From IMG/VR virus record IMGVR_UViG_3300031746_000001: 64,000 nt of DNA, one strand, 5' to 3'. Positions 61,667 through 64,000 of this stretch are shown here, in pieces (the first letter of the stretch is position 1; each line of letters opens with the position of its first letter). The stretch comes from a virus. Under the pieces are notes generated by a model. It saw nothing but the letters and a program-made list of their open reading frames with translations. It made no database searches and had not been told where the DNA came from. A program made the position numbers and the translations under genes.

Positions 61667-61695
61667 ATTATAAGGGATTTCAATTTGATTGTCAA
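61667..61695 (-). promoter_or_regulatory. sigma70 promoter of the glycosylation cluster
   Basis: TTGACA-17-TATAAT. Confidence 0.85.
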
Positions 61696-61719
61696 GACCC
61701 TCCTGGGAAAAAGTTTAAT

Positions 61720-61887
61720 AGTCGCATTTTGCGACTCAGACAAATACTAAAGAACAGATTAACTACAAACAGCTTTTAAGAGAAGAGAAGAACAACAAGT
61801 AATATATACAGAAAAGCGTGTAGTCGCATAATGCGACTGGATTAGCAGGGGAAACAGCTACTTCCCAAAAAGTCGCATTTTGCGACT
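61720..61887. repeat. three 17-bp palindromes AGTCGCA-N3-TGCGACT around an A-rich tract
   Basis: Copies at 61720-61736, 61822-61838 and 61871-61887. Confidence 0.85.
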
Positions 61888-61911
61888 ACCTGCTGGCGCC
61901 AGCGGACGGAC

Positions 61912-64000
61912 TCACATTCCGGTGGCTACCATTCTCCTCTCTGGGACGGTTAGACCGTAAAGGTCGGAAACCAAGTCCTCCACCTCCTGGTAGGCGGTCT
62001 TGATCCGCCAGCGGGCCGACGCCTTCTCATGAGGCCCCTGGATGGAGGGGAGGGTCCGGTTGAGGGTTAGGAGCTCGTCCACGAGGGAAACGATCTGATC
62101 GTGGGCCCTCTTCTCTGCCGGACCGTCTATGGCCGGGATGGGAAGCTCAAGGATGTGGTAGAAATGGAGCTCGCAGAGAATCCTCCTGCGGGTCTGGATG
62201 TAGAACCTCCTCACGTAGTAATTGAGGAGCTGGGTATTCATGACTCCGATCAAGTAGCGGTCGGATATCTTGCCGTTGTTGATGCATCCGTAGACGGCAT
62301 CCACGAACACACAGCGGTCGTAGTCCAGGGAGGTGGTGAGCTGATTCGTGAAGCCCCGGATGACTATCTTCTCTGGCATCTCTCCGAAGAGGCTAACGAG
62401 ATGGGCGATCTCCTTGCTCTTGGCGGGATCCACCCAGTGATCTTGCAGGTTGACCTTGTAGCGGTCGACATCCGTCCCTAGGAGGGCTCTTATGCCGCCC
62501 TGCTCTGGACCTGCGACGTTGTGGGCCTCGTCCCAGCGGAAGCCGTCCTTGATCTTAAGGAACTCGGCGATCGTCGGCCTGCCGGACGCCGTCATCTTGC
62601 CGAACATCTCTATGTCCGCATCGGAGCAGAAGACGTTGAGCAGGGCCCGGGGAAACCCCTTGAACCGCTCCTGGTGGACGGGATTCGTCCGCTCGAACGT
62701 CGCGGTCTTATTTACGATCCGGACGTTGACCACGTTCCCGTTGGAGGGAACCTTCCGCATAGCAAAGACCGTGCATTTGATGGCGATCCCCTCAAAGGCC
62801 GGTCCGACGTCGTTGACCTCGAGGATCGTCCAGTCGAGAAGGGCCCTCCGGGCCGCCTCACCATCCTGTGTGAACAGCAGGGAGAGGGGAACGATGAACG
62901 AGAAGTAGCCTTCCGGCTTTAGAAGGGAGACGGATTTTAGGATGAAGAGGAGGTAAAGGTTGGACTGCCCCTTGATCGAATACTTCTCCTCGAAGTAAAC
63001 TTTCTGCAGGTCATCGTGCATGGCTCCCGTCCGGACATAGGGAGGGTTGCCGATGATGATATCGAACCCCCCCTCGGACATGGGTTCAGAAAAACCCTTT
63101 ATCCAGTCGAACGGGTTGATCTTCTGACGCTCGACTTCGGGAAGATTGTAGAACTCTGGCTTGAGAGAGACATCCGTCCCCACGAGGGTATTCCCGCACC
63201 GGATGTTTTGGGTCATGTCGAGCGTTCCTTGACCATCGGTAATAGTGACCTCCTGCCCTTCGTAGAGCTTCAGGAGGAGAGAAAGCCTCGCCAGGCGCAC
63301 GGCGTTGGGATCCAGGTCGATGCCGAAGATCTGCCTCTGAAGCACCTCCATCCGTTCGTGAAGACTGAGGGGAGAATTCTTTTGGGCTTTCTTCTGGGCC
63401 TCGAAGTAGGACAAGAGATACTCGTAGGCCGCGACGAGGAAGTTACCCGACCCGCAGGCCGGGTCGATGATCCGGAGACGCTGGGCCCAATACCAAGTGA
63501 CCTCTTTTAGCTTTCTGCAGAGGGTCTGTTCGATGATGTGGTCTACGATGTGCTTCGGGGTGTAATAAACACCTCCGACCTTCCGCTCCTCCGTGTTGAA
63601 GGAGTACTCGACGTCATGTAAAGTCTTGCCCCTCTCGGACTCGCCCTCGCCGACGGACGTCCACTTCACGATCCGGACGGCACACCCGAAGTAGGCCTCA
63701 TGCATCGTCCCGAGGATGTCTAAAGATATCTGGTCGAACTGGTGTGACTCGTAAGCATCGGCCAGGATCGACCGCAGGACGTCCGGGGAGATAAAGACCC
63801 AGGACTCCCACTCCTGGGGCTCAAATAAGTCTCCCCCGAAAATGCTGTGGTAGTGCTGGAACTCCTGCCGGAGGACGTCGAGGGCGTTGCCTGTGGTGCC
63901 TTCGGGGAAGAGGGTATTCAGGTGGGGTCGGGCAAGGGCCTTGCGGTCCTCACAGAACCGGATGAACACGATCCGGTCGAGAATCCTGCGGGTGATCTCC
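61912..64000 (-). CDS. gamma-class N6-adenine methyltransferase (Eco57I/type IIG-like), 5' end outside the window
   Basis: GVYYTP, DPACGSGNFL, GFDIIIGNPPY, TaqI-like C-terminal region; frame open to the edge. Confidence 0.9.
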   Translation of the reverse strand, partial: EITRRILDRIVFIRFCEDRKALARPHLNTLFPEGTTGNALDVLRQEFQHYHSIFGGDLFEPQEWESWVFISPDVLRSILADAYESHQFDQISLDILGTMHEAYFGCAVRIVKWTSVGEGESERGKTLHDVEYSFNTEERKVGGVYYTPKHIVDHIIEQTLCRKLKEVTWYWAQRLRIIDPACGSGNFLVAAYEYLLSYFEAQKKAQKNSPLSLHERMEVLQRQIFGIDLDPNAVRLARLSLLLKLYEGQEVTITDGQGTLDMTQNIRCGNTLVGTDVSLKPEFYNLPEVERQKINPFDWIKGFSEPMSEGGFDIIIGNPPYVRTGAMHDDLQKVYFEEKYSIKGQSNLYLLFILKSVSLLKPEGYFSFIVPLSLLFTQDGEAARRALLDWTILEVNDVGPAFEGIAIKCTVFAMRKVPSNGNVVNVRIVNKTATFERTNPVHQERFKGFPRALLNVFCSDADIEMFGKMTASGRPTIAEFLKIKDGFRWDEAHNVAGPEQGGIRALLGTDVDRYKVNLQDHWVDPAKSKEIAHLVSLFGEMPEKIVIRGFTNQLTTSLDYDRCVFVDAVYGCINNGKISDRYLIGVMNTQLLNYYVRRFYIQTRRRILCELHFYHILELPIPAIDGPAEKRAHDQIVSLVDELLTLNRTLPSIQGPHEKASARWRIKTAYQEVEDLVSDLYGLTVPERRMVATGM

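Overview
This window looks like 64 kb of the non-structural part of a large phage, prophage or similar mobile element. No capsid, terminase or tail gene is recognisable, so the phage call is an inference from gene content. Almost all genes are on the minus strand, tightly coupled, and driven by near-consensus sigma70 promoters. Left to right: glycosyltransferase, sugar reductase and methyltransferase; a 25-tRNA array; three beta-class DNA methyltransferases; a replication module (SF2 helicase, SSB-like, primase, DnaB, DnaC-like, initiator-like); nine short proteins directly downstream of a Ubl-E2-JAB-E1 operon; a truncated integrase, minimal PolX and clamp-like gene; an early-type region of small genes with repeated promoter/leader cassettes; a 10-kb glycosylation cluster; a palindromic AT-rich region; and a partial type IIG-like methyltransferase. 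Strongest unexplained signals: (1) about 16 largely unrelated proteins share a C-terminal tail [FIP]-x-[VIL]-x-[GE]-x-[IL]-COOH, nine of them right after the ubiquitin-like operon; (2) eight free-standing HNH/LAGLIDADG endonucleases each carry a recoded replacement of the gene or tRNA end they interrupt, leaving the old end orphaned, and a ninth appears to do this to a promoter; (3) 10 of 25 tRNAs have C at the normally invariant U33; (4) a repeated structured intergenic RNA motif and an AACCCCAA leader box. All calls come from reading motifs by eye; no database searches were run.
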